DNA of 64,000 nucleotides. Source: Candidatus Paraprochloron terpiosi LD05. GTDB lineage: Bacteria > Cyanobacteriota > Cyanobacteriia > Cyanobacteriales > Prochloraceae. Positions within the stretch are counted from its first letter, which is position 1. The number at the start of each line of letters is the position of its first letter. Both the position numbers and the translations under genes were made by a program. The notes below the pieces were generated by a model. It made no database searches and was not told the origin of the DNA. It saw nothing but the letters and a program-made list of their open reading frames with translations. The stretch lies in assembly GCA_018141785.1 (NCBI GenBank), contig CP073341.1, forward strand, positions 3,129,422 to 3,193,421, in the 5' to 3' direction. Shown here in pieces: positions 47,170 to 55,576 of this stretch.

Positions 47170-47586
47170 ATGTCAGCAAGAGATTTATTTCACGATGCTG
47201 CTCGTCGAGCATTAGAAAAAGATGGATGGCAGATTACTCACGATCCCCTCCATATTAAAATTAAAGAGGTTGAGTTTTTTATCGATCTTGGTGCTGAACG
47301 GATTATTGCTGCTCAAAAAGATGGAAAAAAAATCGCTGTTGAAATTAAGTCTTTCCTAGGGCGCTCTAACATTAGCGAATTTCACACTGCATTGGGAAAA
47401 ACACTCAACTACAAACTAGCTTTGAGGAAGAAAGATCCAGAACGTGCACTCTATCTCTGTATTTCACGAGACATTTATCAAGACCTTTTTTTAGGATAAT
47501 TTATTCAAGAAAGTATTTTGGAATATGGGATTAAACTCCTAATCGTCAACATTATATCAGAGGAAGTATTTTTATGGAAAGAGTAG
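47170..47586 (+). pseudogene. xisH: xisH-like gene with one in-frame TAA (47497..47499)
   Basis: MSARDLFHDAARRALEKDGWQITHDPLHIK...DIYQDLFLG*FIQESILEYGIKLLIVNIISEEVFLWKE* reads in one frame. The terminal TAG overlaps the xisI start, as in intact xisHI pairs. Confidence 0.7.
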
Positions 47587-47906
47587 ACTATGGTAAAATC
47601 ATCGAAGAAACTTTAGCTAATCATACAGGTAACGATCTAGAGGAAGAAACAGAGGTTCAACTTATAATCGATCGGGAAGGAAATCATTATCAAATTTTAC
47701 ACTTAGGTTGGATTGAAGAAGAGCAGATTCGTGTTTATGCTTGTATCATTCATATAGATATTAAAGATGGAAAAATCTGGATTCAACGAGATGGTACAGA
47801 AATTGGGGTTGCTAATGAGCTTCTGAAGATGGGCGTTCCAAAACAAGATATTGTTTTAGGATTCCAAGCTCCCTACAAACGGGATTTAATCCAATTGGCA
47901 GAATAG
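47574..47906 (+). CDS. xisI: XisI family protein
   Basis: 110 aa, IHIDIKDGKIWIQRDGTEIGVANELLKMGVPKQDIVLGF. Confidence 0.85.
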   Translation: MERVDYGKIIEETLANHTGNDLEEETEVQLIIDREGNHYQILHLGWIEEEQIRVYACIIHIDIKDGKIWIQRDGTEIGVANELLKMGVPKQDIVLGFQAPYKRDLIQLAE

Positions 47907-47974
47907 GGTTTATAGTGTTTTGATGCAAAAAAAACATTGAGTCAATGCTTTATCAACATCATGGTAGGTTTTTT

Positions 47975-48015
47975 GTAACGCAAAATACAAAATTTGTCAA
48001 TCGAAAGCTGATAAT
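47975..48015 (+). promoter_or_regulatory. NtcA-type activated promoter candidate for nirA
   Basis: GTAACGCAAAATAC (GTA-N8-TAC) at 47975..47988. After a 21-nt gap comes GATAAT at 48010..48015, about 73 nt upstream of the nirA ATG. Confidence 0.6.
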
Positions 48016-48087
48016 AATACCAAGAAAGGCAACAAAAATAAAAGCCAATCTTATCTTAACATAAACTTTTGTAGGGTTGACACATTC

Positions 48088-49629
48088 ATGGTAACGGCAG
48101 TAAAACAGGCGAAAAAACCAGCAAAACTGAATAAATTTGAAAAATTTAAAGCAGAAAAAGACGGACTGGCAGTAAAAGAAGAACTGGAAAATTTTGCCAA
48201 ATTAGGTTGGGAAGCAATTGATAAAACAGATCTTCAACATCGTCTCAAATGGTTAGGAATATTCTATCGTCCTGTAACTCCCGGCAAATTCATGCTCAGA
48301 ATGCGCACTCCTAACGGTATTCTTACCAATAAACAAATGGAAGTCCTGGCGGAAATTATCCAACCCTATGAGGATGGTTGCGCTGACATTACCACTCGAC
48401 AAAATATCCAACTGCGGGGAATTCGCTTTGAGGACTTCCCAAATATTTTCCGTCGCCTTCAGAAGGTGGGAATGACCTCAATGCAGTCGGGAATGGATAA
48501 CGTGCGCAACATTACCGGATCCCCCATGGCAGGAATTGATACGGATGAACTCATCGACACTCGTCCCCTGGTGCAAAAAGTCCAGGACGCAATTACCAAC
48601 AAAGGGGAGGGTAATTATGAATTTACCAACCTACCGCGCAAATTCAATATTGCTATTGAGGGGGGTAGGGATAACTCAGTTCACGCAGAAATCAACGATA
48701 TTGCCTTCGTTCCCGCCTATAAAAATGGAACTTTAGGTTTCAATGTTCTTGTCGGGGGCTTTTTCTCCGCCCAGCGTTGTGCAGCAGCAATTCCTCTCAA
48801 TGGTTGGGTTCAGACTACTGTTGAGATAGTGGACTTGTGTACAGCCATTTTAAGAGTATATCGGGATAATGGTTCTCGGGGTAATCGCCAGAAAACCCGG
48901 ATGATGTGGTTAATTGAAGAGTTGGGGCTGGAGAATTTTCGGTCCATGGTGGAACAAGAATTGGGATATTCTTTGGAGACGGGGGCTGAAAAAGACGAAA
49001 TTAATTGGGAAAAGCGGGATCACATTGGTGTCTTTAAGCAAAAGCAACCGGGTTTAAACTATGTGGGTTTGCATGTTCCCGTGGGGCGACTGTATCCCCA
49101 AGATATGTTAAATTTAGCCAGACTAGCTGAAGTCTATGGCAATGGGGAAATTCGCCTCACTGTGGAGCAAAATCTCATTATTCCCGGTATTGCCGATGAA
49201 AAGTTAGCTACTTTCCTAGCAGAACCATTGCTGCAAAAGTTTGCCATTGAACCCAAGTCTTTAACAAAAGCATTGGTTTCTTGTACTGGTGCTCAATTCT
49301 GTAACTTTGCCCTCATTGAAACGAAAAATCGAGGTTTGGAATTAGCCCGCGCTTTGGACGAAGAATTAGAAATGCCTCGCCCTGTAAGAATTCATTGGAC
49401 TGGGTGTCCCAATTCTTGTGGACAACCTCAGGTAGCAGACATTGGTTTAATGGGAACCAAAGTGCGCAAAGATGGGAAATCTGTAGAAGGGGTGGATATC
49501 TATTTAGGAGGTAAAGTGGGAAAAGATGCCCAATTGGGTAAATGCTTCCAAAAAGGGGTTCCTTGCGAAGATTTAATGCCCGTTTTGCGCAATCTTTTGA
49601 TTGAAAAGTTTGGTGCGCAACCCTTGTAG
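48088..49629 (+). CDS. nirA: Ferredoxin--nitrite reductase
   Basis: 513 aa. Sirohaem/4Fe-4S Cys cluster motifs SCTGAQFC and HWTGCPNSCGQ. Confidence 0.95.
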   Translation: MVTAVKQAKKPAKLNKFEKFKAEKDGLAVKEELENFAKLGWEAIDKTDLQHRLKWLGIFYRPVTPGKFMLRMRTPNGILTNKQMEVLAEIIQPYEDGCADITTRQNIQLRGIRFEDFPNIFRRLQKVGMTSMQSGMDNVRNITGSPMAGIDTDELIDTRPLVQKVQDAITNKGEGNYEFTNLPRKFNIAIEGGRDNSVHAEINDIAFVPAYKNGTLGFNVLVGGFFSAQRCAAAIPLNGWVQTTVEIVDLCTAILRVYRDNGSRGNRQKTRMMWLIEELGLENFRSMVEQELGYSLETGAEKDEINWEKRDHIGVFKQKQPGLNYVGLHVPVGRLYPQDMLNLARLAEVYGNGEIRLTVEQNLIIPGIADEKLATFLAEPLLQKFAIEPKSLTKALVSCTGAQFCNFALIETKNRGLELARALDEELEMPRPVRIHWTGCPNSCGQPQVADIGLMGTKVRKDGKSVEGVDIYLGGKVGKDAQLGKCFQKGVPCEDLMPVLRNLLIEKFGAQPL

Positions 49630-49752
49630 GGTGCGGATGTTTGGCTGTGGGTTGGGCGTCAACCTACAGCTATTTTTCTAACTGGGCGATCGCTATAATG
49701 TTATATTGAGGATTTTCCCTCGATATTTTGCTATCCATTATCCAATTGTGCC

Positions 49753-50565
49753 ATGATTTTAGCCATATCCAAACTCCCCATTATTTACCCAGAAACCGAC
49801 GGGAAACCCATGTCTGAAAGCGACTTTACTCGCGATTACCTGTTATATGGGGTGAATGTGTTGCAGTATTACTTTCGCCATCAGGAAAACGTCTATGTAT
49901 CCGGTAATTTGTTTATCTATTACAAAAAAGGTGTTTCCGACGCCGTAGTTTCCCCTGATGTGTTTGTTATCAAAGGAATCAGCAACAAGAAACGCCGCGT
50001 TTATAAAGTTTGGGAAGAAGACAACAAAGCTCCCAACTGGGTTTTAGAAGTGACATCTAGTAGTACCCGCAATGCTGATAATCTAGAAAAACCGCAAAAA
50101 TACGCTGACATGGGAGTAGCAGAGTATTTTCAATATGATCCCACAGGAGAATATTTGCAACCTTGTCAACTGCAAGGCTTTCGTTTAGTAAATGGAAGGT
50201 ACCAATTAATAATACCAGAGTTTGGACAAGAGGGAATGCTGTCAATACCCTCGGAAGTTTTAGGGCTACAGTTACACCTTATTTCAGGGGAATTGCGGTT
50301 CTATGATCCACTGACAGAGAAATTTTTGCCCTCATACTCCCAAACACGAAGGCTCCTTACACAAGCTCAACAGCAGCTTATACAAGCCGAACAGCAGCGG
50401 GATGCGGAGGCTCAAGCCCGCACACAAGCCGAACAGCAGCTTGCACAAACCCAACAGCGACTTAATAATGCAGTTTCTCAATTACTGACAACAGGAATGA
50501 CTGTGGAGCAGGTTGCCCAAATTTTAGGTTTATCTATTGATGAGGTGCGTTCTCGCTCTATCTAG
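49753..50565 (+). CDS. Uma2 family endonuclease-like protein with Q-rich coiled-coil insert and C-terminal HTH-like tail
   Basis: PNWVLEVTSSSTRNADNLEKPQKYADMGVAEYFQYD core, a QAQQQLIQAEQQRDAEAQARTQAEQQLAQTQQR segment, and the tail GMTVEQVAQILGLSIDEVRS. Confidence 0.85.
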   Translation: MILAISKLPIIYPETDGKPMSESDFTRDYLLYGVNVLQYYFRHQENVYVSGNLFIYYKKGVSDAVVSPDVFVIKGISNKKRRVYKVWEEDNKAPNWVLEVTSSSTRNADNLEKPQKYADMGVAEYFQYDPTGEYLQPCQLQGFRLVNGRYQLIIPEFGQEGMLSIPSEVLGLQLHLISGELRFYDPLTEKFLPSYSQTRRLLTQAQQQLIQAEQQRDAEAQARTQAEQQLAQTQQRLNNAVSQLLTTGMTVEQVAQILGLSIDEVRSRSI

Positions 50566-50599
50566 CAATAACAACTACTGGGAAGTTTAATTTTTTGTT

Positions 50600-51325
50600 A
50601 TGACTTTACCTATATCCAAACCCCATATCATTTACCTGGAAACCGACGGTGGACCCATGTCTGAAAGCGACTTTACTCGCGATTACCTGTTATATGGGGT
50701 GAATGTGTTGCAGTATTACTTTCGCCATCAGGAAAACGTCTATGTATCGGGTCATCTGTTTATCTATTACGAAAAAGGTGTTCCCGACGCTGTAGTTTCC
50801 CCTGATGTGTTTGTGATTAAAGGAGTCAGCAATAAGAAACGCCGCATTTATAAAGTCTGGGAAGAAGACAACAAAGTTCCCAACTGGGTTTTAGAAGTGA
50901 CGTCTGCTAGTACCCGCTATACTGACAGCGAAAGCAAACCACAAAAATACGCTGACATGGGGGTAGCAGAGTATTTTCAATATGATCCCACAGGAGATTA
51001 CTTGCAACCTCAACAACTGCAAGGCTTTCGTTTAGTAAATGGAAAATACGAACCTATAGTACCAGAGTTTGGACAAGAGGGGGTGCTGTCAATACCCTCA
51101 GAAGTTTTAGGGCTACAGTTACACCTTATTTCAGGCTCACTGCGGTTCTATGATCCAGTGACCAAGAAACTTTTGCCCTCATACTCCCAAACACGAAGGG
51201 AGGCAGAACTTGCCCAGCAGGGGCTTAATAATGCAGTTTCTCAATTACTGACAACAGGAATGTCTGTGGAACAAGTTGCCCAAATTTTAGGTTTATCCAT
51301 TGATGAGGTGCGTTCTCGCTCTTAG
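50600..51325 (+). CDS. Uma2 family endonuclease-like protein (tandem paralogue, lacks most of the Q-rich insert)
   Basis: Highly similar to 49753..50565 along its whole length, except for the shorter segment REAELAQQG. Confidence 0.85.
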   Translation: MTLPISKPHIIYLETDGGPMSESDFTRDYLLYGVNVLQYYFRHQENVYVSGHLFIYYEKGVPDAVVSPDVFVIKGVSNKKRRIYKVWEEDNKVPNWVLEVTSASTRYTDSESKPQKYADMGVAEYFQYDPTGDYLQPQQLQGFRLVNGKYEPIVPEFGQEGVLSIPSEVLGLQLHLISGSLRFYDPVTKKLLPSYSQTRREAELAQQGLNNAVSQLLTTGMSVEQVAQILGLSIDEVRSRS

Positions 51326-51433
51326 CCGGAAGGTATCACGCAGAGTCGCAGAGACGCAGAGGAGGGAGATATACCGTAACGATGCAATATATGTATTTTA
51401 TTGATGAAAAAAAAGAATGAATAGGCAATAAAT

Positions 51434-51447
51434 GTAGCGAACTATAC
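51434..51447 (+). promoter_or_regulatory. Possible NtcA box upstream of nrtP
   Basis: GTAGCGAACTATAC is GTA-N8-TAC. Only a poor -10 (AATATT/GAATAT) is found at the expected spacing. Confidence 0.3.
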
Positions 51448-51581
51448 ATATTAATCGATGTAACAGCGTGAATATTTGAGTAAGAAAAGCAAATCAAGGA
51501 AAATGTAAAATAAAAATACAAAAATTGTCTAAATCATGAAATTATCAATGTCCAAAGACAGGAATTGAGATTTCAAATTGA

Positions 51582-51600
51582 TGGGCAATGCCCACCCTAC
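51582..51600. repeat. TGGGCAATGCCCACCCTAC palindromic repeat
   Basis: See the family description at 47112..47133. Confidence 0.8.
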
Positions 51601-51627
51601 ATTGATAAATTATAAGGAAGGTAACAC

Positions 51628-53175
51628 ATGCTAGGAGAAATGTGGTCATTTCGGGGTAGATACAAAATCCTCCATCTCACTTGGTTTGCATTCTTTCTCT
51701 CTTTTGTAGTTTGGTTTAACTTTGCCCCGTTTTCCACTGCCGTGAGAGAGACTTTTAATCTAGAATTGGGTCAGGTGAGAACCATCGCCATTTGTAACGT
51801 GGCTTTGACAGTACCGGCGAGGGTAATTATCGGCATGCTCTTGGACAAATATGGTCCCAGAATTACCTATTCTATCTTGTTAATATACGCGGCTATTCCC
51901 TGCGTAACTTTTGGTTTGGCCCAGAACTTCAGCCAGTTGGTAATTAGTCGTTTGGCACTGAGTATCGTCGGTGCAGGTTTTGTCGTTGGTATCCGTATGA
52001 CAGCGGAGTGGTTTCCCCCCAAGGAAATTGGTTTAGCGGAAGGAATTTACGGGGGCTGGGGCAATTTTGGTTCCGCAGCAGCAGCTTTTACCCTCCCCAC
52101 TATCGCCGGTTGGTTAGCTTTTGGCGGTTCTGGTCTCAACTGGCGGATAGCAATTATAGGGACTGGTATCATTAGTGCTATCTACGGTGTGGTCTACTTC
52201 TTGAACGTCCGAGATACTCCTCCCGGGAAAGTTTATCAGCGACCCCCTAGTACGAGAGGAATAGAGGTGACTACCAAGAAAGACTTCTGGTTCCTAATGC
52301 TGATGAATGTTCCTCTCTCGGGGATTCTCATGGTGCTATCTTGGCGTTTAAAGAAGGTGGGTTTCTTCAATGAAGGTGCATTTACGATAGCTATCCTTGC
52401 CCTACTGGGTTTGTATCTGTTCCAAGCTTACAATTGCTGGACAGTGAATAAAGACTTGCTCAGTGGAAAGAAGAAATATGCTCCTGAAGACCGCTATAAT
52501 TTCTCCCAAGTTGCCATTCTCGAATTGACTTATATTGTCAACTTCGGTTCCGAGCTAGCGGTGGTTTCTATGCTGCCAGCGTTCTTCGAGGGTACTTTTG
52601 ACCTGAGCAAACAAGCAGCAGGGGCGATCGCTGCCAGCTATGCCTTCATGAACTTAATGTCTCGTCCTGGTGGAGGACTGCTGTCAGATAAACTGGGTAG
52701 CCGTAAGATGACCATGGGAGTCTTAACAGCAGGTTTAGGTATAGGTTATATGTTAATGGGTACTATCAGTGGCGGTTGGTGGCTACCTGGTGCTATCTTA
52801 CTAACCATGGCTTGTTCCTTCTTTGTACAAGCAGCAGAAGGTTCTACCTTTGCTATCGTTCCCCTGGTGAAACGGCGCATTACGGGACAGGTAGCTGGAA
52901 ATGTGGGGGCCTATGGCAATGTGGGTGCTGTTGCTTATCTCACTATCTTCAGTCTCTTACCTGAATGGGTTAGTAGTGGTAAGTTTGCAGGGTTCTCTGA
53001 AACAGAAAAAGCTGCTGTCATTGCACAATCTAATACTGCTTTCTTCCAGGTAATGGGAGTAGCAGCCCTCATAGTGGCCTTTTTGTGTTTCTTCATTCTC
53101 AAAGAACCCAAAGGTTCCTTTTCTGAACACCATGAAGGGGAGGTGGAAAAGGAATTGGTTACTTCTAGTAGGTAG
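51628..53175 (+). CDS. nrtP: MFS nitrate/nitrite permease (NNP family)
   Basis: 515 aa with about 12 TM segments and the two NNP signature-like motifs GGWGNFGSAAA and GAYGNVGAV. It lies between nirA and narB. Confidence 0.85.
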   Translation: MLGEMWSFRGRYKILHLTWFAFFLSFVVWFNFAPFSTAVRETFNLELGQVRTIAICNVALTVPARVIIGMLLDKYGPRITYSILLIYAAIPCVTFGLAQNFSQLVISRLALSIVGAGFVVGIRMTAEWFPPKEIGLAEGIYGGWGNFGSAAAAFTLPTIAGWLAFGGSGLNWRIAIIGTGIISAIYGVVYFLNVRDTPPGKVYQRPPSTRGIEVTTKKDFWFLMLMNVPLSGILMVLSWRLKKVGFFNEGAFTIAILALLGLYLFQAYNCWTVNKDLLSGKKKYAPEDRYNFSQVAILELTYIVNFGSELAVVSMLPAFFEGTFDLSKQAAGAIAASYAFMNLMSRPGGGLLSDKLGSRKMTMGVLTAGLGIGYMLMGTISGGWWLPGAILLTMACSFFVQAAEGSTFAIVPLVKRRITGQVAGNVGAYGNVGAVAYLTIFSLLPEWVSSGKFAGFSETEKAAVIAQSNTAFFQVMGVAALIVAFLCFFILKEPKGSFSEHHEGEVEKELVTSSR

Positions 53176-53177
53176 AA

Positions 53178-53208
53178 TTTCACGCAGAGGCGCGGAGGCG
53201 CAGAGAGG
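53178..53208. repeat. Octamer-repeat element, left inverted copy flanking the ATPase/nuclease cassette
   Basis: TTTCACGCAGAGGCGCGGAGGCGCAGAGAGG is 29/31 identical to the reverse complement of 55415..55445. Confidence 0.85.
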
Positions 53209-53258
53209 TGGGAAGAGATTTTTCGACGCCCACCGACAGCCGTTCGAGATTTAACCTT

Positions 53259-53279
53259 GGTGGGCAATGCCCACCCTAC
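53259..53279. repeat. GGTGGGCAATGCCCACCCTAC palindromic repeat
   Basis: Full copy. It supplies the stop codon (TAG, 53278..53276) of the 184-aa ORF. Confidence 0.8.
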
Positions 53280-53830
53280 CCAACTAAACCTTTAAAGTTG
53301 AGATATTTCGGAGAGCTGATTTTTAGCATTCGCTCTGGGCTATCATGAATACCCTTTTTTGGCTTAGTTATGGTAGGCTTTTTATTAATCCGAATATTTT
53401 TAATACTAACAAACCGATACTTATATCCCTCAAGAAAATCTTTTTTATCCCAAAACACCCGACCAATTTCTCGACAATAGGCAACGAAACACTGGGAACC
53501 TTGAAGTTGTTGCTTTATTTCTTTCGTTCCTCCTCCCTTACCTGCTTTCATCTCAATACAGACAATAAATTTCTCTTGTTCAGTATTAGCAATAATAACA
53601 AAATCTGCCCGTTTACACTCACCCCGTGAATTAGCAAATACTGTCTTAGGTGAGGGAAAGTCATCTGTCTTTATAACAATTACATCATCATCCTTAGGCA
53701 TTTTATGAATTGTGACGGAATAGTCACCAGGAGGAGGTTCTTTCAATATCACTTTGTCACCGTAGGGAGGTTTCAATGAAACAGTAATAGATTTTTTGAA
53801 CAGCTCTTTGAGGATGGCAATATCAGACAT
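53276..53830 (-). CDS. Small PD-(D/E)xK nuclease-like protein (184 aa from the ATG at 53830)
   Basis: ECKRADFVIIANTEQEKFIVCIEMKAGKGG gives a D-x17-E-x-K pattern within alternating beta-like hydrophobic runs. The ATG overlaps the ATPase stop (TAATG). The track start at 53845 is TTG. Confidence 0.5.
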   Translation of the reverse strand: MSDIAILKELFKKSITVSLKPPYGDKVILKEPPPGDYSVTIHKMPKDDDVIVIKTDDFPSPKTVFANSRGECKRADFVIIANTEQEKFIVCIEMKAGKGGGTKEIKQQLQGSQCFVAYCREIGRVFWDKKDFLEGYKYRFVSIKNIRINKKPTITKPKKGIHDSPERMLKISSPKYLNFKGLVG

Positions 53831-55218
53831 TACTCGTCTTCCCAAACGATTTTTTCTTGAATTCGATTCATGGTGTCAATAGTGATATCAAAACTGGGGG
53901 CGTCAATCCCAAATTCTGAATCTATATTTGCGGCGACAAGAGTATTACATTGGGTTTTCCTGCTATTGCCATCCATTTTTATAGATGCTTTTTGAGCAAT
54001 ATAAACTTTAATTTGCTCAGATTTTATTAATTCTTCTGACTGATAACCTTCTTCCTCTGCGATTCTTTTTAGATAGGGTTTATCATGATTGAGCATAATT
54101 AACGTGTTCAATTCTTTGATGATATAATCACTGTGGGTAGTAATGAACACCTTGATACCAAGATTAACCAATTGAGCAAAAAGTCGTGCAACCCGACGCT
54201 GGTTCTCAGGATGCAGGTTAAGTTCCGGTTCATCTACAATCAACAAATCACCTAACTGAGCTTCATGTTTCAGATAAAATCCAATATCTAACAAAGAGCG
54301 TACTGCACTGGAACTTTCATCCATAGAAAGTTTTGTTCGTTTTCCTTTTTTGGGTACATAATAGAGGGCGTCATCTTTCGTGACGGTGTATTCACCGCCA
54401 ATTAAATCGGCAAAATTGGCTAAGATATGGGGATAATGTTCAGCAATGAAGCTGCGCTGTTTAGAAATTGTTTCTAGGTTGCGGGTAAACTCTACATTCT
54501 TCTCTACGGGTAGGGCATAGTTTTGATAGTTTTTGAAGAGTAGTGTCCTTGGATCCAGATCCGTCTGGCTAATTTCCTCTAGCAGGCGGTTTCGCGCAAA
54601 GTTTAATTCTTTTCGGAATATAGCCGCACCTGTTCGTTCAGCACTGGCAATGAAAGGATTAGGGAAAAGTGATGTTAAAATAATTCTCTGAAGGTAATAT
54701 GCTATGACATCTTTGATTATAGAAGGCGGAATTTTTACCTTTTCTGTCTCCCCAAGCAAGGTAATGACAAGCTCAGTACTATCTTCACTTTTAGAGATAA
54801 AGAACTGCTCTTCTCCACTTGCCGTACTTATTTTTTGCTCAAATTTTGGGTTCAAGGAAATATCTTGAGTATTGATAGTCACCTCAAATACTGTTTCCTT
54901 AAATCTCTCTGGCGGAGCTGCAAAAATTTTGGGTAATTGCTGAGAATAAGCTTTACAAGCTTGAGTTAAAACTTGCTCTGCTTGTTCAACATATGTGTTT
55001 AAATCTAGAGTAACGACACCTTCAGAAAGGAGTTGTTCAATTTTATCATCGCCAATTTTAAACGGTAGCTTTTGTTCCCGCCACAGATACAAAAAACCAC
55101 ATAAAGCATAGGTGGCATAGGTTTTACCCGTGTTATTTACTCCACAAATAATTGTTAGTTCCCCTAAGGTAAATTCAGCTTGCCTTAAAATTCCAAGATT
55201 CTTGAGTTTAATGTCCAT
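53830..55218 (-). CDS. ABC/SMC-type (AAA_15/AAA_21-like) ATPase, soluble
   Basis: Walker A ICGVNNTGKTYA at the N-terminus. About 300 aa later come the signature-like DESSSAVRSL, Walker B LLIVDEPELNLHPENQ and H-loop FITTHSDY. No TM segments. Confidence 0.75.
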   Translation of the reverse strand: MDIKLKNLGILRQAEFTLGELTIICGVNNTGKTYATYALCGFLYLWREQKLPFKIGDDKIEQLLSEGVVTLDLNTYVEQAEQVLTQACKAYSQQLPKIFAAPPERFKETVFEVTINTQDISLNPKFEQKISTASGEEQFFISKSEDSTELVITLLGETEKVKIPPSIIKDVIAYYLQRIILTSLFPNPFIASAERTGAAIFRKELNFARNRLLEEISQTDLDPRTLLFKNYQNYALPVEKNVEFTRNLETISKQRSFIAEHYPHILANFADLIGGEYTVTKDDALYYVPKKGKRTKLSMDESSSAVRSLLDIGFYLKHEAQLGDLLIVDEPELNLHPENQRRVARLFAQLVNLGIKVFITTHSDYIIKELNTLIMLNHDKPYLKRIAEEEGYQSEELIKSEQIKVYIAQKASIKMDGNSRKTQCNTLVAANIDSEFGIDAPSFDITIDTMNRIQEKIVWEDE

Positions 55219-55414
55219 GATTGTTTCCTCCCTCTTCTCTCGGATCCTCCATTTTACACCTCACTAATCTTTCACAATCAGCTCTAGTTCCTTTCCCGTA
55301 TTTGGATTGCGCAAAATCACCTGAGTATAACCCCGCCGTGCTTGTTCTTGAAGTCCTTTCTCAATAGCAAGGGCAATTCTAAGCGCCCAAACGGGGGTGG
55401 AAAATCTCTCCCCT

Positions 55415-55445
55415 CCTCTCTGCGACTCTGCGCCTCTGCGTGAAA
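55415..55445. repeat. Octamer-repeat element, right inverted copy flanking the cassette
   Basis: CCTCTCTGCGACTCTGCGCCTCTGCGTGAAA. Confidence 0.85.
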
Positions 55446-55501
55446 CACAATGCTACATATGCATACCTCTAATGCTTCAAAAGAATAAAAGTCAAGAATT
55501 A

Positions 55502-55543
55502 GTATTCAAATATACAGGAAAAGAAGTCAAAAATAAATAATCT
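55502..55543 (+). promoter_or_regulatory. NtcA-type activated promoter candidate for narB
   Basis: GTATTCAAATATAC (GTA-N8-TAC) at 55502..55515. After a 22-nt gap comes TAATCT (TAN3T) at 55538..55543, 34 nt before the narB ATG. Confidence 0.55.
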
Positions 55544-55576
55544 AGTGATCTAACAACCTATCATATAGGGAAACAA

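Noticed and set aside
55270-55390. A minus-strand frame upstream of the ATPase reading ...ALRIALAIEKGLQEQARRGYTQVILRNPNTGKELELIVKD*, as a possible third gene of the cassette.
   Set aside because: There is no start codon, because an in-frame TAG lies just upstream and the frame runs through the octamer repeat. It looks like the C-terminal stump of a lost gene, and I could not identify it.
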